Below, piece by piece: positions 47,500-57,395 of a stretch of 64,000 nt of DNA (position 1 is the stretch's first letter; every line of letters begins with the position of its first letter). Source of the DNA: a virus; the IMG/VR virus record IMGVR_UViG_3300027976_000020, positions 1 through 64,000 of that record; one strand, written 5' to 3'. Made by a program: the position numbers and the translations under genes. The notes under the pieces were generated by a model. The model had not been told where the DNA came from. It saw only the letters and a program-made list of their open reading frames with translations, and searched no databases.

Positions 47500-47999
47500 C
47501 GAGGATCTTTTCTGTTGTTGAACAGCGCGGTCAAGTACTCTTCTGGCCATGTGTGATAAAATCCTTTGCTGGCCATTTGTTCTGCACTGTCATCAAGTTT
47601 GCTTAAACTTTGCACCAACGACAGTGCATACTTGCCTTGATTCATACATACTCCGTTGACTAACTCTGTTTCTGCTGGATGATCTTCCAGCACTAATAAA
47701 TCTTTTGCAACTAAAAATTCTTTATTGGCATCTTCCAATGCTTGATGAAAGCGAGCGTAATGGACTTCTGTAGGATCGTATGCGTAAATTATAACTTCGT
47801 ACTTGCCCATGCCCTGTCGACAACAATTCTTTAAATCAAAATAAGGGTTAACTCCCACTAGAATATTGACTGTTCCGGTCAACCGTGCCTTGCGAGCAAA
47901 CGGACACGGCGCCCATCCTCCCAATGCAGGATGCGGAACTTCTACAAAGTTCTCTGACCATGCTAGTATGTCTTGTTTTACTGTTTCTAAGTTTAACAT
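47496..47999 (-). CDS. DUF1415-like protein
   Basis: W..NFVE..PCPFARK and DHP motifs. Confidence 0.5.
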   Translation of the reverse strand: MLNLETVKQDILAWSENFVEVPHPALGGWAPCPFARKARLTGTVNILVGVNPYFDLKNCCRQGMGKYEVIIYAYDPTEVHYARFHQALEDANKEFLVAKDLLVLEDHPAETELVNGVCMNQGKYALSLVQSLSKLDDSAEQMASKGFYHTWPEEYLTALFNNRKDPR

Positions 48000-48000
48000 T

Positions 48001-48213
48001 TCAAAAGAACGGTAGGCCGCTTTTCTTTGTTGTCTCTAAATTGTCTTTGATAATTTGCGAAACTGTAGTACGCTCATCCGGGCTAAGGTTCAATGCAGCC
48101 TCGTATGACAATCCGCCTCGCATGTACCAAACCATTTTCAACGCCTCTTGTTTGATTTCTCTACTTTCTTTTTCCATCTGGTCTACCCATTTGGAAATTT
48201 CGTCAGAGTCCAA
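48001..48213 (-). CDS. Small baseplate/tail assembly ORF; probable -1 frameshift extension of the upstream gene
   Basis: WYMRGGLSYEAALNLSPDER; lies in the -1 frame after T-TTT-TTC. Confidence 0.7.
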   Translation of the reverse strand: MDSDEISKWVDQMEKESREIKQEALKMVWYMRGGLSYEAALNLSPDERTTVSQIIKDNLETTKKSGLPFF

Positions 48214-48215
48214 GA

Positions 48216-49052
48216 CTAAGAGGCGTCCTCGAAAAAACTTGTCATGTCCAATGTGATAGCTTGTTGATATTCTTTTTCACACGCAGCGCATTTCAATTTC
48301 ATTGGCTGAATCTCGCCTTCTGCTTTGACATTGACAATATGATCTCTTATTTTTCCAAACAATCGCCGATCACAATTTTTCAACATGTCTTCGATAAATT
48401 CAGGTTCACTGACCAATGAATCTGGAGTTTTAACAGCAGAAATACTTTGTGCAATAGCACTTATTGTAATTTCGGTAATTTTTGTCAACGCTGCACTCAA
48501 TGCAGACATGCGTAGGTCGTCGGGCATGTCTGTACTGGGCAACACTTGTAAAATCTTTTGTTCTTCAAACTGACGCTGATTGTTGTCGTTTAAATTTTTG
48601 TAGGTCATTGGTTTGAAGAAGATTTCAAGATCGCCATCGTGTATTGATTTTGAATAGTCCGGCGGTCGCATACGCTCCATGACTGTTCTAAGATCTAGCC
48701 CATAGTCTGCTTCGTTTTGGCAATGAGGACAACTTGTTGAAATTTCCATAGTATGCCCGTAACTGGCGATGCGAATAGCAACAAGAATAGTATCTACATC
48801 CATCGCAGGAATTGCCCATGGATCTTGTATGCTGGGTATACAACTTTTTATAACATTAACAACAGCATTGCCGTTGAACAATGCATCTGGTGTTCTGTAT
48901 GTAATTTCGTCAATTGCAGTCATTGGATACACTGGCAACTCGCGGTTTGCTGGAATGTTTATTGCTGTTTCGGGATAATATTTTCCGTCACTTGGCAACT
49001 TGACATAAATTGCTGGTTGCCTAAAATATTGTGTTAACGGGTTGGTTGACAT
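48216..49052 (-). CDS. Baseplate hub assembly / tail assembly chaperone (gp26-like)
   Basis: YVKLPS, PMTAIDE, LVAIRIASYG, CPHC and CAAC zinc motifs, C-terminal SFF. Confidence 0.75.
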   Translation of the reverse strand: MSTNPLTQYFRQPAIYVKLPSDGKYYPETAINIPANRELPVYPMTAIDEITYRTPDALFNGNAVVNVIKSCIPSIQDPWAIPAMDVDTILVAIRIASYGHTMEISTSCPHCQNEADYGLDLRTVMERMRPPDYSKSIHDGDLEIFFKPMTYKNLNDNNQRQFEEQKILQVLPSTDMPDDLRMSALSAALTKITEITISAIAQSISAVKTPDSLVSEPEFIEDMLKNCDRRLFGKIRDHIVNVKAEGEIQPMKLKCAACEKEYQQAITLDMTSFFEDAS

Positions 49053-49108
49053 GCGATTTTCCTATATAAATATAGTTATGGTAAAATCTAACCCAGGCCA
49101 ATAAAATT

Positions 49109-51508
49109 ATGACACCCGAAGAACAAGAACAGCAAGAAACTCTTATCAAGTTAAACAACGCGCAAAGGCAAGCCGTTTACGAAACAGAACAGTTTGGTAA
49201 AGTTACTGATGAAACTGCTGCCAAGTTGTCTCAGTTACAATCTAGTTTAACCAACAATTTCAAAGCCTTGGGCAACAGTGGCATCAGCTTGGCCAAGCAA
49301 TTAAACAACGGTGCTATTGGCGCTTCTGTGTTCAACGATTCAATTGGATCACTAACTGATGTTATAGGAGACTTGGTTGGACTGCTTCCGTATGTTGGTA
49401 CTGCACTTAAAACTATAGTCAAAGGTGCAAGCGAATACACACAAGCAGTAAACAAACAAACAGATGCATTGTTTGAAAGTTATGAACAAATGTCCAAGAT
49501 CGGTGCTGCTGGCGCAGGCGGCATGCAATCTGTTTACGATAACCTAAAAAAACTCAACCTTGGTGTCAATGAGCTGGACAAGTTTGTGGCCATTGTTGGC
49601 GAAAATTCTGACACGTTATATAAATTTGGGCAAACAGTAGGCGGCGGACTTACTGAGTTTGCCAATGTTGCAAACTCGATACAGCAGAGTGATGTAGGCC
49701 GTCGGTTCATGGAAATGGGTATCAGTGTTGATGAAATCAACAACGGTATTGCCAGCTATATGAGAATGCAAACAATTGGCGGAGTACGACAACAAATGTC
49801 TACTGATCAATTAATCAATGCTTCAAAAGACTATATCAGAGAAATTGATTTACTATCCAAAGTCACTGGACAAACTAGAAAACAACAAGAAGAGGCCATG
49901 GAAAGTGCAATGGCCGAAGAACGTTTTGCTGCGTTTAGAACAGAACTACAACTTCGTGCCAATATGGGTGACGAAGCTGCCAAAGCTCAACTGAAAGAAG
50001 TTGATACTTTAACCAAGAGTTTGGCCAAAGAAGCACCAAAGTTAAGAGTAGGAGTGTTGAATCTTTTGTCTGGTACATTGGACAATCCAGAAGCACAAAA
50101 AATAGCAAGAGGAATGCCAACTGCTACTGCGGCATTGCAAAAAGGAGCATTCAAAGCCAACGACATACTCAATGCAATGCAAAAAGATACAAGCAGAACC
50201 ATTGGCAAGTCCGGCGAAGGATTTGGTGTAGCTCTTGGTAAATTGGGAATATTTGGCGAAACATTTGGTGACTTCAACGAAACAGTAAAACTAGCAAACA
50301 TGAATGTGTATGGCACGCTGGAAGAAAGAATGGCAGCAGCCAAAGTTGAGCAACAGGTAACAGATCAAAATACCAAAGATGCCAACCAAACTCGTGTCAA
50401 TAACCGTACAGCACGTCAGAGTCTCAATGATTTGATCAATGCCGGTATAGGACCAGTTACAACTGCAATGAAAGGTCTGTCAACTGCAACAGAAACCACA
50501 ATTACTGCATTTGAAAAAATGGCCAACACAATGGGCATTGAAACTAGGAAACGCGAGTTGGCACCAGCAGCATCTCCACGTCCCGCAGGTCGTGCAGTAC
50601 CTGCAGTTACAAGACCATCAGTAACACCACGCCCGCCGGGCGGAACGTCTACTCAGACAAGTGGGTCTGGCACCTTGTTGCAACAAAAAATTATACAAGC
50701 CGAAAGTGGCGGCAGAAATATACCAAATCAAAGCGGCCCTGGTGGTAAAGCAACAAGTTCTGCATACGGAGTTGCTCAAATAACCAAAGGCACATTTGAA
50801 GATTTGGTAAAGAACGCACAACCAAGCAGCCCGTTGTATGGTAAAACTCATGATGATATGAAAGCTGATGTAGGCTTACAATACGAAGCGTTGAGTGCGT
50901 TAACAGACAAAAATAAATCTATCTTGGCAAAAGCAGGTGTTAGTACAACTGACGCTGCAATGTATTTGGCACACTTCTTAGGTCCATACGGCGCAGTAAA
51001 AGCGCTGAAAGTAGGTGATTCATCAATGCTAAACTCTGCTGTGAATCAAAAGCAGATTGATGCAAACCCTAATTTGCAAAAAATGTCAACTGTTGGAGAT
51101 TTGAAAACTTGGGCTGACCAAAAAATGGGTGGCGGTGGTTATAAGTTTGGCGGCATTGATTCAATGCTAAACTCTGCTGTGAATCAAAAGCAGATTGATG
51201 CAAACCCTAATTTGCAAAAAATGTCAACTGTTGGAGATTTGAAAACTTGGGCTGACCAAAAAATGGGTGGCGGTGGTTATAAGTTTGGCGGCATTGCAAC
51301 TGGGCCAGACTCCGGGTATGAAACTACATTACATGGCACAGAAGCAGTGGTACCGTTGCCAAATGGCAATAGCATACCGGTTGAAATGCAAGGCAACAGC
51401 GAACAAATGGGATTGATGTCGGCGCAACTGTCAAGACTAGACGATATTGTGCGTGTGATGCAAAACCAGCTGGGCGTGTCGCAGAAACTTTTACAGTACG
51501 CACAGTAA
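49109..51508 (+). CDS. Tape-measure-like protein with C-terminal lytic transglycosylase/lysozyme-like domain
   Basis: Long helical Ala/Gly-rich region; IIQAESGG, AYGVAQIT, YLAHFLG; HGTEAVVPL. Confidence 0.7.
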   Translation: MTPEEQEQQETLIKLNNAQRQAVYETEQFGKVTDETAAKLSQLQSSLTNNFKALGNSGISLAKQLNNGAIGASVFNDSIGSLTDVIGDLVGLLPYVGTALKTIVKGASEYTQAVNKQTDALFESYEQMSKIGAAGAGGMQSVYDNLKKLNLGVNELDKFVAIVGENSDTLYKFGQTVGGGLTEFANVANSIQQSDVGRRFMEMGISVDEINNGIASYMRMQTIGGVRQQMSTDQLINASKDYIREIDLLSKVTGQTRKQQEEAMESAMAEERFAAFRTELQLRANMGDEAAKAQLKEVDTLTKSLAKEAPKLRVGVLNLLSGTLDNPEAQKIARGMPTATAALQKGAFKANDILNAMQKDTSRTIGKSGEGFGVALGKLGIFGETFGDFNETVKLANMNVYGTLEERMAAAKVEQQVTDQNTKDANQTRVNNRTARQSLNDLINAGIGPVTTAMKGLSTATETTITAFEKMANTMGIETRKRELAPAASPRPAGRAVPAVTRPSVTPRPPGGTSTQTSGSGTLLQQKIIQAESGGRNIPNQSGPGGKATSSAYGVAQITKGTFEDLVKNAQPSSPLYGKTHDDMKADVGLQYEALSALTDKNKSILAKAGVSTTDAAMYLAHFLGPYGAVKALKVGDSSMLNSAVNQKQIDANPNLQKMSTVGDLKTWADQKMGGGGYKFGGIDSMLNSAVNQKQIDANPNLQKMSTVGDLKTWADQKMGGGGYKFGGIATGPDSGYETTLHGTEAVVPLPNGNSIPVEMQGNSEQMGLMSAQLSRLDDIVRVMQNQLGVSQKLLQYAQ
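51023..51296. repeat. Exact in-frame tandem duplication (136-bp copies, 138-bp period)
   Basis: 51023-51158 equals 51161-51296; encodes SMLNSAV...GGYKFGGI twice. Confidence 0.95.
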
Positions 51509-51548
51509 CATACGGTAAATACATGCTGTATGTTAAAGGAATTTCTCA

Positions 51549-53363
51549 ATGGCTGAATCAAACAATGGCAAAAACGGACGCAATGGAGGGTGGCGCAAGT
51601 ACTTCAAAATTGCTGACGGTGATGCCAACGGACAACTTAGTCCTATTTCCGGAAACAATGCCAACGGATTACCCGGCTACAACAGACAAACAGGCAGCGG
51701 CAACACTGGCTCTGCCAACGATTTTGCTTTTAGAAATTATGCAAGCCGCCTACCAGAAGTGTATTCAGGGCATCCCAACCGTGTTGAGCGATACAATCAA
51801 TACGAAAGCATGGACATGGATTCAGAAATCAATGCATGTTTAGACATTATTGCTGAGTTCAGTACACAAAACAACGAAGACAACAACACACCGTTTGACA
51901 TTGTATTCAAAGATACGCCTACTGATCACGAAGTAGAAATTATCAAAAAACAATTGCAGCAATGGACCAAGTTGAACAAACTGGACCAACGCATGTTCAA
52001 ACTGTTCCGCAACACCATCAAGTACGGCGATCAAGTGTTTGTGCGTGATCCAGAAACATTTGAAATGTACTGGGTTGACATGGTCAAAGTAAGTCGTGTG
52101 ATTGTAAATGAAAGTGAGGGCAAGCGTCCCGAACAGTATGTTATTCGCGACATCAATCCCAACTTTGAAAATTTAAGCATTGCCCCCAAAACCACCAGCG
52201 ATTACTATGTGAGTCGTGCCACAGGATCTGCAGGACAAAACAGTTATTCAACACCTGGCGGTGGCGGTGGAGGACAAGGCGGTGCCAGTGGCAGTAGGTT
52301 TACACAAGCAATGAACGAAACCACTGTGGATTCCAAACACGTTGTGCATTTGAGTTTGAATGAAGGACTTGACTTCTTTTGGCCATTTGGACAAAGCATT
52401 TTAGAAAACATTTACAAAGTTTATAAACAAAAAGAATTGTTAGAAGACGCAGTGCTTATCTATCGTGTAAGCCGTGCTCCGGAACGTAGAGTATTCAAAA
52501 TTGACGTGGGCAATATGCCAAGTCATATGGCTATGGCTTTTGTTGAGCGTGTTAAAAATGAAATGCATCAGCGTAGAATCCCCACTGTAAACGGAGGTGG
52601 CGCCAACATGATGGATGCTGCATACAATCCACTCAGCATTAATGAAGATTACTTTTTCCCCCAAACAGCAGACGGCCGAGGATCCAGTGTAGACACACTG
52701 CCGGGCGGTTCGGGCCTTGGCGAAATTGATGACTTGAAGTATTTCAACAACAAAATGGCCCGCGGCTTGCGTGTGCCCAGCAGCTACTTGCCTACTGGAC
52801 CAGACGACTCTGACCGTGCTATGAATGACGGAAAAGTAGGAACAGCATTGATTCAAGAATATCGTTTCAACCAGTACTGCGAACGCTTGCAGCGTTTGAT
52901 CATGCAAAAACTGGATGACGAATTTAAGATGTTTATGAAGTGGCGCGGATTCAACATTGACAACAGTATTTTTGATATTGTTCTTGGACCGCCACAGAAC
53001 TTTGCCAGCTACCGTCAAGCAGAAATGGACACAAGTAGAGTTAGTACGTTTGCTTCATTGGAGCAGTTGCCTTATATGAGCAAGCGTTTCTTGATGGAAC
53101 GTTACTTGGGATTGAGTCAAGAAGAGATTGCAGAAAACTCTAAGCTATGGCTTGAAGAACGCGACCAGCCAGAACTCAGAACCACACAAGGACAAGACTT
53201 GCGTAGTATCGGTATTACCCCTGCTGGCATGGAAGGTGATATCGAAACCGGTGATGCATTTTCTGCAATGCCACCAGACGGCAGTGCTGACATGGGTGCC
53301 GTCCAGGGCGCACCTGCTGGTCCTGGCACTGCGCCAAGTGCTGTTCCTCCGGCAACTGCATAA
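51549..53363 (+). CDS. gp20: Portal vertex protein (T4 gp20-like)
   Basis: LEDAVLIYRVSRAPERRVFKIDVGNMP, EDYFFP, TLPGG, LRVPSS. Confidence 0.95.
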   Translation: MAESNNGKNGRNGGWRKYFKIADGDANGQLSPISGNNANGLPGYNRQTGSGNTGSANDFAFRNYASRLPEVYSGHPNRVERYNQYESMDMDSEINACLDIIAEFSTQNNEDNNTPFDIVFKDTPTDHEVEIIKKQLQQWTKLNKLDQRMFKLFRNTIKYGDQVFVRDPETFEMYWVDMVKVSRVIVNESEGKRPEQYVIRDINPNFENLSIAPKTTSDYYVSRATGSAGQNSYSTPGGGGGGQGGASGSRFTQAMNETTVDSKHVVHLSLNEGLDFFWPFGQSILENIYKVYKQKELLEDAVLIYRVSRAPERRVFKIDVGNMPSHMAMAFVERVKNEMHQRRIPTVNGGGANMMDAAYNPLSINEDYFFPQTADGRGSSVDTLPGGSGLGEIDDLKYFNNKMARGLRVPSSYLPTGPDDSDRAMNDGKVGTALIQEYRFNQYCERLQRLIMQKLDDEFKMFMKWRGFNIDNSIFDIVLGPPQNFASYRQAEMDTSRVSTFASLEQLPYMSKRFLMERYLGLSQEEIAENSKLWLEERDQPELRTTQGQDLRSIGITPAGMEGDIETGDAFSAMPPDGSADMGAVQGAPAGPGTAPSAVPPATA

Positions 53364-53371
53364 ATACTTTT

Positions 53372-53593
53372 ATGATTTTAAACGAACTGTACGAAAAGCA
53401 ACCTGAAGGATATCAAGATATTTCTCAGGACAACAGCCAGCCCGAGCAAGGCCAATTGCGTAAAACTCGTTTGACATTAAAGCAACTATCTAAACTACGA
53501 CAAATGTCGGACGTAAGACAATACGAATACAGTGAAAAACTGAAGGACATTCGTAAACAATACGCTCCGCCTGCTCAGCCCCCTGGCCTATAA
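53372..53593 (+). CDS. Small head-module protein
   Basis: 73 aa, RKTRLTLKQL; TAAATA 5 nt upstream. Confidence 0.7.
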   Translation: MILNELYEKQPEGYQDISQDNSQPEQGQLRKTRLTLKQLSKLRQMSDVRQYEYSEKLKDIRKQYAPPAQPPGL

Positions 53594-53691
53594 ATTTACG
53601 TCAAAAACACCAGTTTTGGCCGCTAAAAGTACCAAGTTTATTATTTTTATGTAAGTAATAAACATGAGCCATAACCTACTGGAGGAAAATT

Positions 53692-54411
53692 ATGACATCA
53701 AAATTTGAAAAGTTAATTGAACACGTGATTAACGATGAAGAAAATGAAGCACAAGCACTTTTTCATGAAATTGTAGTTGAGACATCTCGCGAAATTTATG
53801 AAAATTTGATGGACGAAGAAGACTCAGACGAAGAAGAAACAGTTGAAGAAGGTATGATGAACGACGGCGATGCTGCTGACGATTTAATCACTGACGTTGA
53901 AACTGAAGAAGAAGGTATGAGCGAAGACGAAGAATTTGATGTCGAAATGGATGACGCTGAAGACTTTGGCGCCGAAGTTGGTGCAGAAGAAGGCGAAGAA
54001 GAAGACATCGAAGACCGTGTTGTTGACCTTGAAGACAAACTCGACGAACTAATGGCCGAATTTGAAGCCATGATGGGCGGAGAAGAAGAAGCCAACGACG
54101 ACATGGACATGGACATGGACGACGAAGAAATGATGCCGGAAATGGGCATGATGGAAAACGTTGATCTTAAAGCTGCTCCAAAGCCAGTTACTACAGAACC
54201 AGCTGGAACAAACAGCAGATCTACAGTAGCCGCCAATAGTGGTGCCAAAGGAATGGCAGCTCGTCCAGTTAGAACAACTGATGGCGCAACTGCTGGTCGT
54301 GCTAACCCTGCTGTTAAAGACATGGGCATGACAACTAGTCCCGCCCAAGGCGCTGCACCAAAGCCTGTGTCAACACAAGCAGCTGGCGTAAACACCAAGT
54401 CACCGGTTTAA
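53692..54411 (+). CDS. Acidic prohead core-like protein
   Basis: Very Glu/Asp-rich; GGAGG RBS; lies between portal and protease. Confidence 0.65.
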   Translation: MTSKFEKLIEHVINDEENEAQALFHEIVVETSREIYENLMDEEDSDEEETVEEGMMNDGDAADDLITDVETEEEGMSEDEEFDVEMDDAEDFGAEVGAEEGEEEDIEDRVVDLEDKLDELMAEFEAMMGGEEEANDDMDMDMDDEEMMPEMGMMENVDLKAAPKPVTTEPAGTNSRSTVAANSGAKGMAARPVRTTDGATAGRANPAVKDMGMTTSPAQGAAPKPVSTQAAGVNTKSPV

Positions 54412-54417
54412 TAGATT

Positions 54418-55065
54418 ATGGCTCGTTATCTACAAGAGCATCTTAGCTTCTCGCAAGCGCAGGTAAAACTGCTGAGCGAGGACGCCGCCGATGGCTCTGG
54501 TAAGACCCTTTACATGCAAGGTATTTGTATTGAAGGTGACAAACGTAACGCCAACGAAAGAATATACCCGGCTCATGAGATCCGCAAAGCAGTTGGCACT
54601 ATCAATGAACAACTTGAAAATGGCAATTCGGTATTAGGCGAAGTAGATCATCCCGATGATCTCAAAATTAACTTAGACCGTGTCAGCCACATGATAGATA
54701 AAATGTGGTGCGACGGCTCAATAGGTTATGGAAAATTAAAAATATTACCAACGCCAATGGGACAACTGGTTAAAACCATGTTGGACAGCGGTGTTAAATT
54801 AGGTGTTTCAAGTCGTGGATCAGGAAATGTCGACGACCGAACAGGACATGTTAGTGACTTTGAAATAGTCACTGTAGATGTAGTTGCACAACCCAGTGCT
54901 CCAAATGCATACCCAACAGCAATTTACGAAGGACTCATGAATATGAAGTACGGACATAGATTATTAGAAGTGGCAAAAGAAGCTGGGTCGGACAACAAGG
55001 TACAAAGATATTTGAAAAGCGGAATAGTAAAGCTGATCAAAGATCTTAAAATTAGGGAGGAATAA
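54418..55065 (+). CDS. gp21: Prohead protease (T4 gp21-like)
   Basis: NERIYP, GEVDHP, LDRVSH, GVSSRGSG, DVVAQPSAP. Confidence 0.93.
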   Translation: MARYLQEHLSFSQAQVKLLSEDAADGSGKTLYMQGICIEGDKRNANERIYPAHEIRKAVGTINEQLENGNSVLGEVDHPDDLKINLDRVSHMIDKMWCDGSIGYGKLKILPTPMGQLVKTMLDSGVKLGVSSRGSGNVDDRTGHVSDFEIVTVDVVAQPSAPNAYPTAIYEGLMNMKYGHRLLEVAKEAGSDNKVQRYLKSGIVKLIKDLKIREE

Positions 55066-55067
55066 GC

Positions 55068-56168
55068 ATGTTAGATGCTATTAAACCGTTACTAGATAGC
55101 GACTTGATCACCGAGGAAACTCGCCAGGAGATCTCTGAAGCTTGGGAAGCCAAGATGACAGAAGCTCGTGAACAAGTTCGTGCAGAACTACGTGAAGAGT
55201 TCGCACAACGCTACGAGCATGACAAAACAGTGATGGTGGAAGCCCTAGATCGTATGGTAACAGAAGGTCTTACAACTGAGATCCGAGCAATTGCAGCTGA
55301 AAAGCAAGCAATTACAGAAGATCGTGTCAAATTCAATGGCAAAATGAAGGAATCCGCAACGAAGTTCAACAGCTTCATGGTTTCTAAATTAGCCGAAGAA
55401 ATTGGCGAGTTGCGCAAAGATCGTAAGCAGCACAATGAAGGTCTCCAGAAATTGGAAGGATTTATTGTGCATGCATTAGCCCGTGAAATTCAAGAATTTG
55501 CAACTGACAAACGTGAAGTTGTAGAAACAAAAGTTCGTTTAGTTCGCGAAGCACGTGGCCAATTAGAATCATTGAAGCGCCGTTTTGTAAAAGAATCAGC
55601 ACAGAAAATGAGTCAATCTGTAAGCCGTCATCTAAAGGCAGAACTCAGTCAATTACAAGAAGACATCAAAGTTGCTCGTGAGAACAATTTTGGTCGTCGT
55701 ATCTTTGAAGCATATGCAAGTGAATTTGGTGCTACCCATCTCAATGAGAAAGCAGAAGTACGCAAGTTGCACGACACAATTGCAAACAAAGATGCCAAGT
55801 TGTCTGAAGCCATCAAACTTATTAAGACTGCAAAAGTTCTTAATGAGAGTAAAGAGCGTGAAATACGCATGATCAAAGAGTCAAATGAGCGTCAAGCTAC
55901 ATTGGATAATTTGCTGGCCCCTTTGAACAAGGAAAAAGCCGAAGTCATGAGTAATTTACTCGAAAGCGTACAAACATCACGTTTGAAAAGCGCGTTTGAA
56001 AAGTATCTTCCAGCTGTTCTAACAGACCGCTCTGTAAAAGCTAACAAAGTAATTACAGAATCCGTGTCCGAAGTCACTGGCGATAAATCTGCCCGTAGCC
56101 AATATGTAGATGAAGTTGCTGACAACAGCAATGTAATTGACATCAAGCGGTTGGCAGGGTTGAATTAA
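55068..56168 (+). CDS. gp22: Prohead core scaffold protein (gp22-like)
   Basis: Coiled-coil, GRRIFEA motif; lies between protease and capsid. Confidence 0.8.
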   Translation: MLDAIKPLLDSDLITEETRQEISEAWEAKMTEAREQVRAELREEFAQRYEHDKTVMVEALDRMVTEGLTTEIRAIAAEKQAITEDRVKFNGKMKESATKFNSFMVSKLAEEIGELRKDRKQHNEGLQKLEGFIVHALAREIQEFATDKREVVETKVRLVREARGQLESLKRRFVKESAQKMSQSVSRHLKAELSQLQEDIKVARENNFGRRIFEAYASEFGATHLNEKAEVRKLHDTIANKDAKLSEAIKLIKTAKVLNESKEREIRMIKESNERQATLDNLLAPLNKEKAEVMSNLLESVQTSRLKSAFEKYLPAVLTDRSVKANKVITESVSEVTGDKSARSQYVDEVADNSNVIDIKRLAGLN

Positions 56169-56186
56169 TTTTAAAGGAGACATTAA

Positions 56187-57395
56187 ATGTCACAACAATT
56201 ATTAGAAGGTCGCTGGGACGAGACCAAGGAAGCACTACTTGAAGGTCTAAACGGTTCCAAGCGCAGTAGTATGAACGTTATTCTTGAGAATACACGCAAG
56301 TACTTGAAAGAAAATGCAAGTGCTGGTAGTACAGCAGCTGGTAACATCGCTACATTAAACCGTGTGATTCTTCCAGTTATCCGACGTGTCATGCCAACAG
56401 TTATTGCTAACGAGTTGGTTGGTGTTCAGCCAATGACAGGTCCAGTTGGACAAATCCACACACTGCGTGTACGTTACGCTGCTGGCTTGACAGACAACTC
56501 AGCAGCCGGTACTTCAGTTGCTGCCGGACAAGAAGCGTTGAGCCCATTCACAATTGCTACAGCTTATTCATCAAGCCCAGCTGCTGCAAACAATGGTGCC
56601 ACAACAACCACCAACTACCAAGGTGCTAGTACAGCTAGCATGGAAGGTAATGGCGGTAAGACAGTTTCAGTACAAATCTTGAAGCAAGCAGTTGAAGCCA
56701 AGACACGTAAATTGCAAGCTCGTTGGACATTTGAATCTGCACAAGACGCACAAGCCATGCATGGTATTGACGTTGAAGCAGAGATTATGGCTGCACTAGC
56801 ACAAGAAATTACAGCTGAAATTGACCAAGAGATTCTCTTGAGCTTGAGCAGTTTGGCTGCCACTGAGTACACATACAACCAAGCTACTGTATCAGGTACA
56901 GCTACATTTGTTGGTGACGAGCACGCTGCTTTGGCTGTTCTAATCAACCGTGTTGCCAACTTGATTGCACAACGCACACGTCGTGGTGCTGGTAACTGGG
57001 CTGTAGTTAGTCCAGCTAGTTTGACAGTGCTACAAAGTGCTACAACTAGTGCGTTTGCTCGTACTACAGAAGGCACATTCGAAGCACCTACAAACACCAA
57101 GTTTGTTGGTACATTGAACGGTGCAATGCGTGTGTTTGTCAACAGCTACGCTACAGACTCAAGTCCAGTTCTAGTTGGATACAAGGGTTCTAGTGAAGCT
57201 GATGCAGCTGCGTTCTATTGCCCATACATTCCATTGATGAGCAGTGGAGTTGTGTTGGATCCATCAACGTTCGAACCAGTCGTGAGTTTTATGACTCGTT
57301 ATGGCTTCGTGGAATTGACAAATACTGCAAGTTCGTTTGGTAATGCTGCCGATTATGTCGGGGAAATTGCCGTTCAAAACTTGTCTTTCTCTTAA
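56187..57395 (+). CDS. gp23: Major capsid protein (T4 gp23-like)
   Basis: VGVQPMTGP, AKTRKLQARWT, EITAEIDQEI, YCPYIPL, MTRYG. Confidence 0.96.
   Translation: MSQQLLEGRWDETKEALLEGLNGSKRSSMNVILENTRKYLKENASAGSTAAGNIATLNRVILPVIRRVMPTVIANELVGVQPMTGPVGQIHTLRVRYAAGLTDNSAAGTSVAAGQEALSPFTIATAYSSSPAAANNGATTTTNYQGASTASMEGNGGKTVSVQILKQAVEAKTRKLQARWTFESAQDAQAMHGIDVEAEIMAALAQEITAEIDQEILLSLSSLAATEYTYNQATVSGTATFVGDEHAALAVLINRVANLIAQRTRRGAGNWAVVSPASLTVLQSATTSAFARTTEGTFEAPTNTKFVGTLNGAMRVFVNSYATDSSPVLVGYKGSSEADAAAFYCPYIPLMSSGVVLDPSTFEPVVSFMTRYGFVELTNTASSFGNAADYVGEIAVQNLSFS

Noticed and set aside
27895-51296. Diversity-generating retroelement template/variable repeats
   Set aside because: The duplicated copies are adjacent and identical, with no adenine-specific mismatches, and no reverse transcriptase is in the window.
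51523-51843. 106-aa ORF overlapping the portal start
   Set aside because: It is an alternative frame of the portal gene, which has its own AAGGA RBS and conserved motifs.
54090-54130. GACATG short tandem repeats
   Set aside because: Explained by the low-complexity DMDMDMD coding stretch in the acidic core protein.
39483-57395. Inteins or introns in gp46, portal or capsid
   Set aside because: No C/S...HN-C/S/T intein ends or frame interruptions were seen. The extra length of gp46 is explained by coiled-coil duplication.
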